From contig CAVXRD010000002.1 of NCBI GenBank assembly GCA_963764165.1, positions 2,624,001-2,688,000 on the forward strand: DNA of 64,000 nucleotides, given 5' to 3'. Both the position numbers and the translations under genes were made by a program. The notes beneath the pieces are model-generated. The model was not told the origin of the DNA, searched no databases, and saw only the letters and a list, made by a program, of their open reading frames with translations. The stretch's first letter is position 1. Each line of letters begins with the position of its first letter. The stretch is from an uncultured Verrucomicrobiae bacterium (lineage in GTDB: Bacteria > Verrucomicrobiota > Verrucomicrobiia > Limisphaerales > Palsa-1400). This document shows positions 9,899 through 18,878 of this stretch, piece by piece.

Positions 9899-12800
9899 AT
9901 GCGCGTTGTCCGACATGAAAAAAGCTGGCTCGCCTCGCTCCTAATCGCGGGGATGTGCCTGCATGGCATCGCGGCGGCTCGCGCGGAAGCGGACGGCTCC
10001 CCCCCAATCATCACGAACATTTCGCAACTTTCTCAGGACTTCGAGAATCTCTCCGCGCGCGCCCGGATTCGCGCGGAACTCACCGGCACCGTTTTCATCG
10101 GCGGATCCAACGAGACGGTGGTTCTCATTGACGGCGATTCTCAACCGCATGTTGTCAAATCAAAAGATGGCCAGGCGTTGAATCGCGGCCAGCGGGTCCT
10201 GCTGGAAGGTTATTGCATCCGCGAGGGGACCAATTTGCTCACCGATTCGCTGCCGCTGATCGACAATGACGGGACGCACTCGATGTCCGCAAAATCAGCG
10301 GGCGCGTGGCTTGAGGCCGGCTGGCAGCCCATCGAAGTTCGCTACTTCAATCAACTGGGCGACCGTGGATTGGAGGTTTCCATCGAGGGGCCCGGCCTGC
10401 AGCCGCAAACGATTCCCAACTCGATGCTTTTTCATTCGGAGCGGGAGCCGGGCTTGCTCTATCAATGTTTCGAGGGCGAGTGGCTCGCCATGCCCGATTT
10501 CAATTCATTGAAACCTTTCAAGTCCGGTGTCATTTCCAATTTCAACATCGACGTGGCTGGCCGCGAAACAAATTACGGCGTCACTTTTTCCGGGAGCATC
10601 GCCATTCCGAGCCCTGGATTTTACACGTTCACCTGCCGTTCCGATGACGGCTCGCTGGTGTTTCTTGGGAATGATTTGTTGACAGCAAAAGCCACCGGCG
10701 CGACAAACCTGCCGCCGCTTCCGATTTGCGGCGCGGGCCAATCGCTGGGCGCAAATCCGGCCAGCGGAGAATTTTGCGCCGCGCTGGAGGGGGTGGTCAC
10801 CTTTGCGGCGGTGGACTCCGGACATCTCAATATTGAATTATCCGGTGGCCGCGAACACGCGCTCCTTCAGATGCCGAATGCGACGGGCGTTGTCCCGCCT
10901 GATTTGATGGGTTCGCGGATTCGGGCCGCCGGGATTTGCCGGGCGACGTTTACACCTGACGGAGATCATGTGGCGGGATTCTTGCGGGTTTCGGGCGAGG
11001 AGCAAATCCAGATTCTCCAAAGCTCTCAACACCTGCGTCCTTCGGCCCTGCCGGGAACGGAAGGCGGACTGCCAATCCTCACCACCATTGAGCAAGCAAA
11101 GCAAATGAGCCGCGAGGAAGCAAAGCGCGGTTATCCCGTCCGCGTGCGCGGAGTGATTACGTTTGTGTGGCCCGACGCCGGATTTTTTCTCCAGGACGCG
11201 ACGTGGTCGATTGAGGTCCAAATGACCCCGCAGATTTCGCGGGACAAACCGCGCATTGGGGACTATTGGGAAGTCGAAGGACAAACGCTGGCGGGATTCG
11301 CGCCGGACATTCGCGCCACGCGCGCGGCGCGGCTGGGGCTTGGAGTTTTGCCTGAACCCGTCCGCCCGAATTGGGGCCAATGGCTGGATGGCAGCCTTGA
11401 CACCGAATATGTGGAACTGGAGGGCATCGCTTCGTCCTCGGACGAATCCTCGCTTTCATTGTTGACGCGCGGCGGACGGCTGACGGTGCAATTGCCGGAA
11501 TTGCCGCAAAAAAAATTGGCCGAAGTGCAAGGGGCGCTGGTAAGAATTCGAGGCTGCCTCATTCCGGGCCGCGATCCCGCAACGCAGCAGGTGAAGCTCG
11601 GCTCGTTCGCCCTTCGCAACGCATCCCTCGCCATTGAGGAGGCGGCCCCGGCGGATCCGTTTGCGATGCCATCGGAGCGGACGGCGGATTTGCTGTTATT
11701 CGAATCGCACGCGAGCCCCATCCGCCGCGTCCGGCTCCACGGCGTTTTTCTCCTGCAGCACGACGGCGTTTGCTACCTGATGGATGGCACGAACGGATTG
11801 CAAATTTCGCCCAAACACGCGGTGGACTTTCACGGCGGCGATTTGGTGGATGTGGTGGGTTTTCCCAATTTGGACGGCCCGTCGCCTCTGTTGCGGGATG
11901 CCGAAATGCGTGCCACCGCTTCCGGGCCGCTTCCGCCGCCGCGGACAGTTTCGCCGACAAATTTATTCGGCGAGGAATATGACTCAACACTCGCGCAGAT
12001 CGAGGCCGTCCTGGTGTCCTACCGGATCAGCGAGGCCGATCAAATTCTGCAACTGCGATCCGGCCAGCGCCTTTGGACGGCGCGCCTGCCGATCAGCGCC
12101 GGCAAACTGCCGAGCATCGAACCGGGCAGCGTCCTGCGCTTGACAGGCGTTTACACCGCGCAAGGCGGTGACCGCGCGGCCGGGCGACCGAGCGAATCGT
12201 TCGAATTGCTCTTGAGCAGCCGGGCTGGCGTGGTGGTGCTGCGGCAGCCGTCGTGGCTGACGGCGCGCCACGCGCTCGTGGTGGCGGGCGCGCTTCTGGC
12301 GACGCTGCTGCTGGCCTCGATTTGGATTTGGGCGCTCAAGCGCGAGGTGGATCAGCGCACGGTGGAGCTGAAAGTGGAAATCGAAGACCACAAGCGAACC
12401 GAATTGGAGCTGGAGGAAAAAACAAAAATGCTGACGCGCGAAATCGAGCAGCGCGCCAAGATGCAGGTGGAAATCGACCGGGGCCATCGCGAACTCCTGA
12501 TCACTTCGCGGCGCGCCGGGATGGCGGAAGTGGCGACGAGCGTGCTGCACAATGTCGGCAACGTTCTCACAAGCGTGAATCTTCTCGGAACGTCCATCAT
12601 GGATCGTGTCCGCGATTCAAAAATCGCCAGCGTCACCAAGCTTGGCGAATTGCTGAAAAGCAACAAGCCGCGCCTGAACGAATTCCTGACCTCGGACGAG
12701 CGCGGAAGAACGGTCCCCGGATTCGTCGAGCATCTCGGTGAGCGGCTGCAGCAGGAGCACACGGAATTGATCGGGCTGGTGAAGTCGCTCAACGATAGCA

Positions 12801-13348
12801 TTGACCACATCAACGAAATCGTTTCGACCCAGCAGGCTTACGCGAAGATTTCCGGCGTGCTGGAGACGGTGGCGCCGGCGGAAGTGGTCGAGGACGCGCT
12901 TCGCATGCACGGCGAGGCGCTGCACCGCCACGGAGTCGAGATCGTCCGCAAATTCACCCACACGCTGGCGGCCACGATGGATCGCCACAAAGTCCTGCAA
13001 ATCCTTTTCAACCTGCTCGAAAACGCCAAACATGCCTGCATGCAAACACCCGAACCGGACAAACGGGTGGTGATCACGGTTGAACCCGCGGCCATCAGCC
13101 GGATTCGCATTGTCGTGGCCGACAATGGAATTGGAATTCAGCCGGAGAACTTGCCGCGAATTTTCGACCAGGGATTCTCGACGCGCCGGGACGGCCACGG
13201 CTTCGGTCTTCACAGCAGCGTCCTGGCGGCGCAAGACATGGGCGGCAGTTTGTCAGCGCAGAGCGACGGGCCGGGAAAGGGCGCGACGTTCACGCTCGAA
13301 CTGCCGTTGACGCCGCCCGCCGCAAAACACACAGCGAACGGATCATGA
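9899..13348 (+). CDS. Membrane sensor histidine kinase with large periplasmic region (permuted PA14 plus OB-fold-like repeats)
   Basis: Signal peptide, PA14 motifs (SDDGS, IDNDG.H), repeated V.V.G.VT units, single TM helix, H-box ATSVLHNVGN, N-box NLLENA, DNGIGI, GHGFGL, GKGATF. Confidence 0.92.
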   Translation: MRVVRHEKSWLASLLIAGMCLHGIAAARAEADGSPPIITNISQLSQDFENLSARARIRAELTGTVFIGGSNETVVLIDGDSQPHVVKSKDGQALNRGQRVLLEGYCIREGTNLLTDSLPLIDNDGTHSMSAKSAGAWLEAGWQPIEVRYFNQLGDRGLEVSIEGPGLQPQTIPNSMLFHSEREPGLLYQCFEGEWLAMPDFNSLKPFKSGVISNFNIDVAGRETNYGVTFSGSIAIPSPGFYTFTCRSDDGSLVFLGNDLLTAKATGATNLPPLPICGAGQSLGANPASGEFCAALEGVVTFAAVDSGHLNIELSGGREHALLQMPNATGVVPPDLMGSRIRAAGICRATFTPDGDHVAGFLRVSGEEQIQILQSSQHLRPSALPGTEGGLPILTTIEQAKQMSREEAKRGYPVRVRGVITFVWPDAGFFLQDATWSIEVQMTPQISRDKPRIGDYWEVEGQTLAGFAPDIRATRAARLGLGVLPEPVRPNWGQWLDGSLDTEYVELEGIASSSDESSLSLLTRGGRLTVQLPELPQKKLAEVQGALVRIRGCLIPGRDPATQQVKLGSFALRNASLAIEEAAPADPFAMPSERTADLLLFESHASPIRRVRLHGVFLLQHDGVCYLMDGTNGLQISPKHAVDFHGGDLVDVVGFPNLDGPSPLLRDAEMRATASGPLPPPRTVSPTNLFGEEYDSTLAQIEAVLVSYRISEADQILQLRSGQRLWTARLPISAGKLPSIEPGSVLRLTGVYTAQGGDRAAGRPSESFELLLSSRAGVVVLRQPSWLTARHALVVAGALLATLLLASIWIWALKREVDQRTVELKVEIEDHKRTELELEEKTKMLTREIEQRAKMQVEIDRGHRELLITSRRAGMAEVATSVLHNVGNVLTSVNLLGTSIMDRVRDSKIASVTKLGELLKSNKPRLNEFLTSDERGRTVPGFVEHLGERLQQEHTELIGLVKSLNDSIDHINEIVSTQQAYAKISGVLETVAPAEVVEDALRMHGEALHRHGVEIVRKFTHTLAATMDRHKVLQILFNLLENAKHACMQTPEPDKRVVITVEPAAISRIRIVVADNGIGIQPENLPRIFDQGFSTRRDGHGFGLHSSVLAAQDMGGSLSAQSDGPGKGATFTLELPLTPPAAKHTANGS

Positions 13349-15384
13349 ATCAAAACCCCGCCATCGATTCGTCCGGCAAGCCTCGAATTTTAATCGTCGA
13401 TGACAATCCGTCCGTCCACGAGGCGTTCACCAGAATTCTCCGCAGCGACGCGCCGGACCAGGAATTGGAGAGCGAGGAAGCCCTCTTGTTCGGCGAGCCA
13501 GACGCTCCGGCAATCAAGAAGCTCGAATACTCCGTCGACCATGCCATGTCCGGCCAGGAAGCCGTCGACAAAGTGCGCATGGCGACGGAACAGAAGCGCC
13601 CGTTTCAAGTGGCTTTCGTGGACCTCCGCATGCCGGGCATTGACGGCGTCAAGACGATTGAATTGATTTGGGAGCTTGATGCGCAGATTCAGACGGTGAT
13701 TTGCACGGCCTACGCCGATTACCGCTGGCGCGATCTGGCCCGGCGTTTCGGCAAGACGGACCGATTGCTGGTGTTGAAAAAGCCGTTTCACGATATTGAA
13801 GTGATGCAGTTGGCGAGCACGCTCACGCAGAAATGGGCGCTTGGAAAACAAGCCGCGCTGAAGCTGGACCAGATGGAGTCGCTCGTCGCCAAGCGAACGC
13901 AGAAGCTCCTCGACCTGCAAAAGAGGGAGCACCAGCGCCAGCGGGATCTTGACCAGGCGAAGCTTCGCAACCTGCTGCAATTGGCGCAGGAATTCCGCAC
14001 GCCGCTGACGCTCATCCTGAATCCCATTGCGGACTTGATGAACGGTGTTCCCCTTGACCGCGCGAAACAGGAGGTCATTCATCGCAGCGCCCAAAACGTT
14101 CTGCGCTGGCTCGACGATGCGGCGCTGATTCGCAGGCTGGAGTCGGAGGACAAGCCTCTGGAACTGGCGGATTTGCATTTGATTCCGTTCCTGCGCGGTT
14201 TGGTTGAATCGTTCTCCGCGCGCGGCCAGGCCAGGGGCGTTCAAATTGATTTTGCCCCGGTTCAAACAGAAATGACGATTGCCACGGATGTGGCGGCGTT
14301 GGAAAAGGCGCTCTTCTCGCTTTTGGGATGGAGCGTCGAAGCTGCGCCAGACAAAGGCCGCGTTCTCATCCGCCTCGGCCTCGAAAACAATGCCGCGGCC
14401 ATCGAACTCACCGTCGCGAAACCGAGGGACCTCCCCTCGCCGCTGACAAAAGAGTCCGACACGGCGCAGCTTTTGGTGCGTGAAATTTTGCATCGCCTGA
14501 ATGGCACGATGGGCATCAGACATTCGGACGAGGCGCTCAAGATGGATATTGGCCTGGGCGAACTTCAACCGCCGGCCACGGCTGCCGCAGCCGCGCCCGC
14601 CGTGGAGCACGCGGAAGAGAAGGAATTGCCGTTATTATTGACGGTGGAGGTGAGTGACGATCTCCGCGCTTTTATTCGCGAGGGCCTGGGCGCGGAATAT
14701 CGATTCGTGGAAACGACGCGAGCCGGCGAAGCCCTCATTCAAGCGCGCGAAAACGTGCCGGATTTGATCATCATCGATTTCGACGCCGTCCCCTCCCACG
14801 CCATCAGCCTTTGCGCGGAGATCAAAAACGACCAACTGACCAGCCACATCCCGGTCATCTTGATTGGGGCGGACGCGTCCGACGCGACCCAGCTCAACGC
14901 CTTGAAAGCAGGGGCTGACGATTGCCTGGCCAAGCCGTTCCGGCTGGCGTTGCTCAAGGCCCGCGTCGGCAACCTGCTGGAAACACGCCGCAAGCTTCAC
15001 CAGCATTTCCAAGGCCCCACCCCGATCCAGCCCGCCGAGATGGCTGGGAACCAGATGGACGCGGAATTTCTCCGCCGAGTCGTGGATACGGTCGAGGCGA
15101 ACCTGGCCGATTACGAATTTGACGTAGAAACGCTTGGGCACCGGCTGGGCGTGAGCCGCAGGCAATTGTTCCGCAAATTCAAGGCCATTGCAGGTTGCAC
15201 GCCGAATGTTTTCATCCGCGAAGTCCGCCTTAAGCGCGCGGCCCGCTTGCTGGAAGAAGGGCGCCTGACGATTTCGGAAATCATTTACGCTGTGGGATTT
15301 TCCGATCCCAAGCATTTTCGGACGGTTTTCCGGGAGCGTTTCGGGGTGCTTCCGGGCGAATACGCCAAAAAGCCGGCCCCATGA
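13345..15384 (+). CDS. Response regulator: REC - degenerate HisKA/HATPase - REC - AraC HTH
   Basis: ILIVDD/FVDLRMPG/KPF; AQEFRTPLTLI; PDLIIID/GADDCLAKPF; LGVSRRQLFRKFK, YAVGFSDPKHFRTVFRERFGVLP; ATGA overlap with the kinase. Confidence 0.92.
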   Translation: MNQNPAIDSSGKPRILIVDDNPSVHEAFTRILRSDAPDQELESEEALLFGEPDAPAIKKLEYSVDHAMSGQEAVDKVRMATEQKRPFQVAFVDLRMPGIDGVKTIELIWELDAQIQTVICTAYADYRWRDLARRFGKTDRLLVLKKPFHDIEVMQLASTLTQKWALGKQAALKLDQMESLVAKRTQKLLDLQKREHQRQRDLDQAKLRNLLQLAQEFRTPLTLILNPIADLMNGVPLDRAKQEVIHRSAQNVLRWLDDAALIRRLESEDKPLELADLHLIPFLRGLVESFSARGQARGVQIDFAPVQTEMTIATDVAALEKALFSLLGWSVEAAPDKGRVLIRLGLENNAAAIELTVAKPRDLPSPLTKESDTAQLLVREILHRLNGTMGIRHSDEALKMDIGLGELQPPATAAAAAPAVEHAEEKELPLLLTVEVSDDLRAFIREGLGAEYRFVETTRAGEALIQARENVPDLIIIDFDAVPSHAISLCAEIKNDQLTSHIPVILIGADASDATQLNALKAGADDCLAKPFRLALLKARVGNLLETRRKLHQHFQGPTPIQPAEMAGNQMDAEFLRRVVDTVEANLADYEFDVETLGHRLGVSRRQLFRKFKAIAGCTPNVFIREVRLKRAARLLEEGRLTISEIIYAVGFSDPKHFRTVFRERFGVLPGEYAKKPAP

Positions 15385-15394
15385 CTTGAAGGGT

Positions 15395-15460
15395 TGGCAC
15401 TATACCCCCGGCATTTTGGCACATGGCGCCATCGACAACCGCGCTGGAACGTGTTAGAAC
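15395..15460 (+). promoter_or_regulatory. Direct-repeat operator plus promoter, copy 3
   Basis: TTGGCACTATACCCCCGGCATTTTGGCAC, 9 nt, TCGACA (15432), 17 nt, TAGAAC; spacer nearly identical to copy 1. Confidence 0.75.
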
Positions 15461-15596
15461 TCTCTTCAATGACCCATGAAGAACCGCTCCAAGCGTGGAC
15501 GCGCCATCTCCCGTTCGCGCCGTCGCATGTGCCTTGCGGCTCTTCTTTGCGCCGTTTCGGCCAGAAAACGGCTGCAATGCAAATGAAGCAACAATT

Positions 15597-17669
15597 ATGA
15601 AATCCTCACAGAAAAAATCCCTCACCATTGCCTCCGCCTCCGCCCTTGCCGCGAGCATGGCGCATGGCGATATTCTTTATACTCCCATAAACCAAACCAT
15701 TGTCGCGGGTGGCAATGACACCTACACGTTCGACCTTAACCAGGACGGCAGCGCTGACTTTTTGATTGAGTTCGACAACAATAACGCCCTTAAGCCCTAT
15801 ATAAATGATAGCGTCGGCACAACTGGCGCCACGCTGTCCTACGTGCTCTCCGACCCCAGCACGACTGGTTTGCCCTTGGCGACGAATGGCATGCTGATCG
15901 ATCAAAATTATGAATCGGCCCAATCGGTGGGATATTTCTATGAAAATACCGGTGATACCGTCGTCGGCGACTGGGACAGCGGCGGCACAAATATTGACGC
16001 CTATGTCGGGCTGGAGTTGATCGACACCAACGGCGTCACTCATTATGGCTGGGCTCAATTCATTTATAACTCCAAGACGGTCGATAACGGAGTCACCGGC
16101 ATATTGACGATTGTTGATTGCGCCATGAATACGGATACCAATGGAATTTATGCGGGACAAACGGCTCCGTTCGGTCCGCCTTCAATCGTCACGCCGCCCG
16201 CCTCAGAAACGAACGCCATCGGAGGTGTGGCCAATTTTGAAGTCATCGCCATAGGCTCCCCGGCACCAACATATCAATGGATGGCCGGCGCGGTCGGCAG
16301 CGGCATTTACACCAACCTGAGCGATTCCGCGACGGTTTCAGGTGTCACAAATAGCACGCTGACCATATCGAATCTGACCTCGGCAAATGCAGAAGACTAT
16401 ATTGTCCTGGTGTCGAATGTGGACGGCACTGTCTCCAATTCGCCGCCCGCGACGCTGACCGTGCTTCCGCTGCTCATCACTGGGCTGTCGCCGTCACCAG
16501 TAGAGTTGTATGCGGGAGGAACAGCGCATATCACAGCAAGCTGCCAAAGCGCTTCGTCCACCCAGTTTCAATGGTTGAAAAATGGAGCGCCACTGTCAGA
16601 CGGAGGCCGGGTCTCGGGCTCCCACGCTAGCACGCTCACTATTGATTCCCTGTCGCTGTCGGATTCGGGGAACTACTCCGTGATCGCCTCGAATAGCTAC
16701 GGCGCGGTCACGAGCAAGGTGGATGCCGTCACGGTCATCACGCCGCCCAGCCCCTACCAGCAAGCCGTGGCGCAGCTTTCGCCAGTTTGCTACTACAGCT
16801 TCAGCGAAACCAATGATCCGGCGATGACCAATGTCATCGCTTATGACTTCGTCGGAGGATTGAACGGCGTCTACGGTTACCAGGTTGAAAACGGGAATAG
16901 CAATTATAACATTGCCGGCCCGCAGCTTGCCGACGGTTATGCTGGGTTCCCGTCAAATAACACCGCGATGCTCGTCGGCCCGACATCTCACAGCCCGATT
17001 TCCTGGGTCGTGACACCCCCGCCCAATCTTGACACCAACACGGTGACTTACGTCTGTTGGCTGTATCCGACTGAGGCTCAAGCGGCCTGGAACGTGATTC
17101 TGAGCTACCGCTCCCAAGTGGCGGGCACCGCCAACGGAATGAACTTCAGCGGCACCGGGGACGGCGACCTGGCCTACCACTGGAACGACAACGAGTACGG
17201 CTATGACTCGGGACTCTATGTGCCCATATCCGAATGGTCGATGGCGGCGGAAGCCGTCTCGGCCACAAACGTTACGTTCTACCTGTTTAACACCAGCGAG
17301 ATGCTGTCGGCTACCAATGTCTACAATCAAGTCGTCCAGGCATTCAATACCGATGGCAATTTCGGCGGGGATAGCGTTGATGGCAACTTCGTGGGTGAAT
17401 TGGATGAAATTGCCATCTTCAATCAAACACTGTCGTCGAACCAGCTCGCCGGGCTTTTTAATGTCGCTGTCACTGGAATAAATCCGAATGCGCCCGTCAC
17501 GATCACGATTCAGCCCGCCGGAGCAGGCAATGTGACATTGACTTGGCCGCAGGGCACGCTGCTGCAAGCCCCGGCGCTCACTGGCCCTTGGACCACCAAT
17601 GCCGCCACTTCGCCTTATACGACGGCGACTTCGGGAACGCAGCAATTTTACAAGGTGATAGTGCAATAG
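15597..17669 (+). CDS. Secreted acidic surface protein: N-terminal beta domain, two Ig domains, LamG-like domain, ~55-aa C-terminal domain
   Basis: Signal peptide; PTYQW...LTISNLT...Y.V.VSN; FQWLKNG...DSGNYSV; FVGELDEIAIFNQTLS; C-terminus similar to that of 4850-7177. Confidence 0.8.
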   Translation: MKSSQKKSLTIASASALAASMAHGDILYTPINQTIVAGGNDTYTFDLNQDGSADFLIEFDNNNALKPYINDSVGTTGATLSYVLSDPSTTGLPLATNGMLIDQNYESAQSVGYFYENTGDTVVGDWDSGGTNIDAYVGLELIDTNGVTHYGWAQFIYNSKTVDNGVTGILTIVDCAMNTDTNGIYAGQTAPFGPPSIVTPPASETNAIGGVANFEVIAIGSPAPTYQWMAGAVGSGIYTNLSDSATVSGVTNSTLTISNLTSANAEDYIVLVSNVDGTVSNSPPATLTVLPLLITGLSPSPVELYAGGTAHITASCQSASSTQFQWLKNGAPLSDGGRVSGSHASTLTIDSLSLSDSGNYSVIASNSYGAVTSKVDAVTVITPPSPYQQAVAQLSPVCYYSFSETNDPAMTNVIAYDFVGGLNGVYGYQVENGNSNYNIAGPQLADGYAGFPSNNTAMLVGPTSHSPISWVVTPPPNLDTNTVTYVCWLYPTEAQAAWNVILSYRSQVAGTANGMNFSGTGDGDLAYHWNDNEYGYDSGLYVPISEWSMAAEAVSATNVTFYLFNTSEMLSATNVYNQVVQAFNTDGNFGGDSVDGNFVGELDEIAIFNQTLSSNQLAGLFNVAVTGINPNAPVTITIQPAGAGNVTLTWPQGTLLQAPALTGPWTTNAATSPYTTATSGTQQFYKVIVQ

Positions 17670-17670
17670 T

Positions 17671-17707
17671 GGAAAACGGGGTTCCTGTGTCGAACCCCGC
17701 ATTTTCC
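17671..17707. terminator. Hairpin, probable terminator between convergent genes
   Basis: GGAAAACGGGGTTC...GAACCCCGCATTTTCC immediately after the stop codon. Confidence 0.6.
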
Positions 17708-17776
17708 AAATTCCGGACATCATGAATCTGGCCGCGCGGCAGCTCCGTCCGGCCAGCTTCCCTATTTGCAGAAGTT

Positions 17777-18643
17777 CTAAATGAGCCGGACGTAGACCCG
17801 GCGCGGCGGGAGTTCCGAACCGCCCATGCGCAGAGCCAAATTCGCCGTTTCGCGGTGCTCATGTTCGCCGCCGCGAAATTGAAGCCATTTCACGGGTTGT
17901 GATGGATCGTAGACCTTCAAATTATGGTAGAGCAGGCAAAGGTTCCCCAATCCCCTCAATCGCGCATTTGGGTGTATGACCACGCGCACATCGTAAAATA
18001 GAACTTCACCTTGACGCCGGATCAGCAGCGTTCCGATTGGCTGGTCGCCATCGAAAAGGATGCTCGACATGTCCGGCTCAAATCCCGACGTCGCGGCCGA
18101 TCCCCAATATCGGAAGAGCTCGCTTTGCGTCATCAATTTGTAGCGGGCGACCAGGTCCAGGATAATTTGGGCGGGAAATTGGCGGATGGACTTTGTCTGC
18201 CACGTTGGAGGAATGTCCTCTTCGTAGCGCTCCATCATTTTGCCAACGCGCTTGGCGGCCACCAAGCCTTCGATGCGGAAGAATCGCTCGGTCCTCAGCA
18301 CGTCGAATCCGTTTGCCTTGAGGAAAGCAACGCGGGGATCGTCGTCCGCCAATAATTCGCCGTAGAGCAATTTGCCCATGTCCGCCACCCGGTATTTCAC
18401 CGCCGCCGCCTCAATGAGCCGCCGGGCAATATCATCGTGAGCGACTCCCGGCTGGCAGGCGAAAACGAAACGGACGAAGTCTGCTTCAACCCAACTGGCC
18501 AGCGCGCCTACGAACCTCTCCACCGGCACGGCCTTCACCGCCGCCAGAAATTCCGAATCGGAAGGATAACTGAAATTCCGCAGCAAATGCCGCACCCGCG
18601 GAACCTCGGAACTTTGCGGAGCGCGCATTAGCAAATCATTCAT
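17777..18643 (-). CDS. Hypothetical protein, probable tandem GNAT-like fold
   Basis: 288 aa; ..FLKANGF.. and ..RLRGLGNLCLL...ANLALRMGG resemble GNAT motifs A/B. Confidence 0.45.
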   Translation of the reverse strand: MNDLLMRAPQSSEVPRVRHLLRNFSYPSDSEFLAAVKAVPVERFVGALASWVEADFVRFVFACQPGVAHDDIARRLIEAAAVKYRVADMGKLLYGELLADDDPRVAFLKANGFDVLRTERFFRIEGLVAAKRVGKMMERYEEDIPPTWQTKSIRQFPAQIILDLVARYKLMTQSELFRYWGSAATSGFEPDMSSILFDGDQPIGTLLIRRQGEVLFYDVRVVIHPNARLRGLGNLCLLYHNLKVYDPSQPVKWLQFRGGEHEHRETANLALRMGGSELPPRRVYVRLI

Positions 18644-18700
18644 GTGTTCGCCGCCAATGATACTCGTCTTGACGCGTGATGGGAGAAAAAATGATGAGGC

Positions 18701-18730
18701 CGCAGACGAACACAGATCAACACAGATTTA
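18701..18730 (+). repeat. Three copies of a 10-bp C(A/G)CAGA(T/C)NNA tandem unit
   Basis: CGCAGACGAA CACAGATCAA CACAGATTTA. Confidence 0.65.
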
Positions 18731-18805
18731 TGATGAACCGCCCATCCGCCTCCCCGCAGAAGTTTTATCGTCTTATGGGTTATTAGCCGTAAAATGCAGT
18801 TAAAA

Positions 18806-18853
18806 GGTAGCGCCACCGTCTCGGTCGCCTCCAGTCGGCGTCCCGCCGACTGG
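18806..18853. repeat. GTAG-led REP-like element with perfect hairpin (possible terminator of the PQQ gene)
   Basis: GGTAGCGCCACCGTCTCGGTCGC followed by CCAGTCGGCG-TCC-CGCCGACTGG (10-bp stem). Confidence 0.55.
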
Positions 18854-18878
18854 CTTTGCGCAGGCCGTCGACCGGGGC

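Noticed and set aside
15469..15600. Possible leader peptide (MTHEEPLQ...) overlapping the next start as ATGA
   Set aside because: No attenuator structure, codon run or clear RBS; cannot be supported
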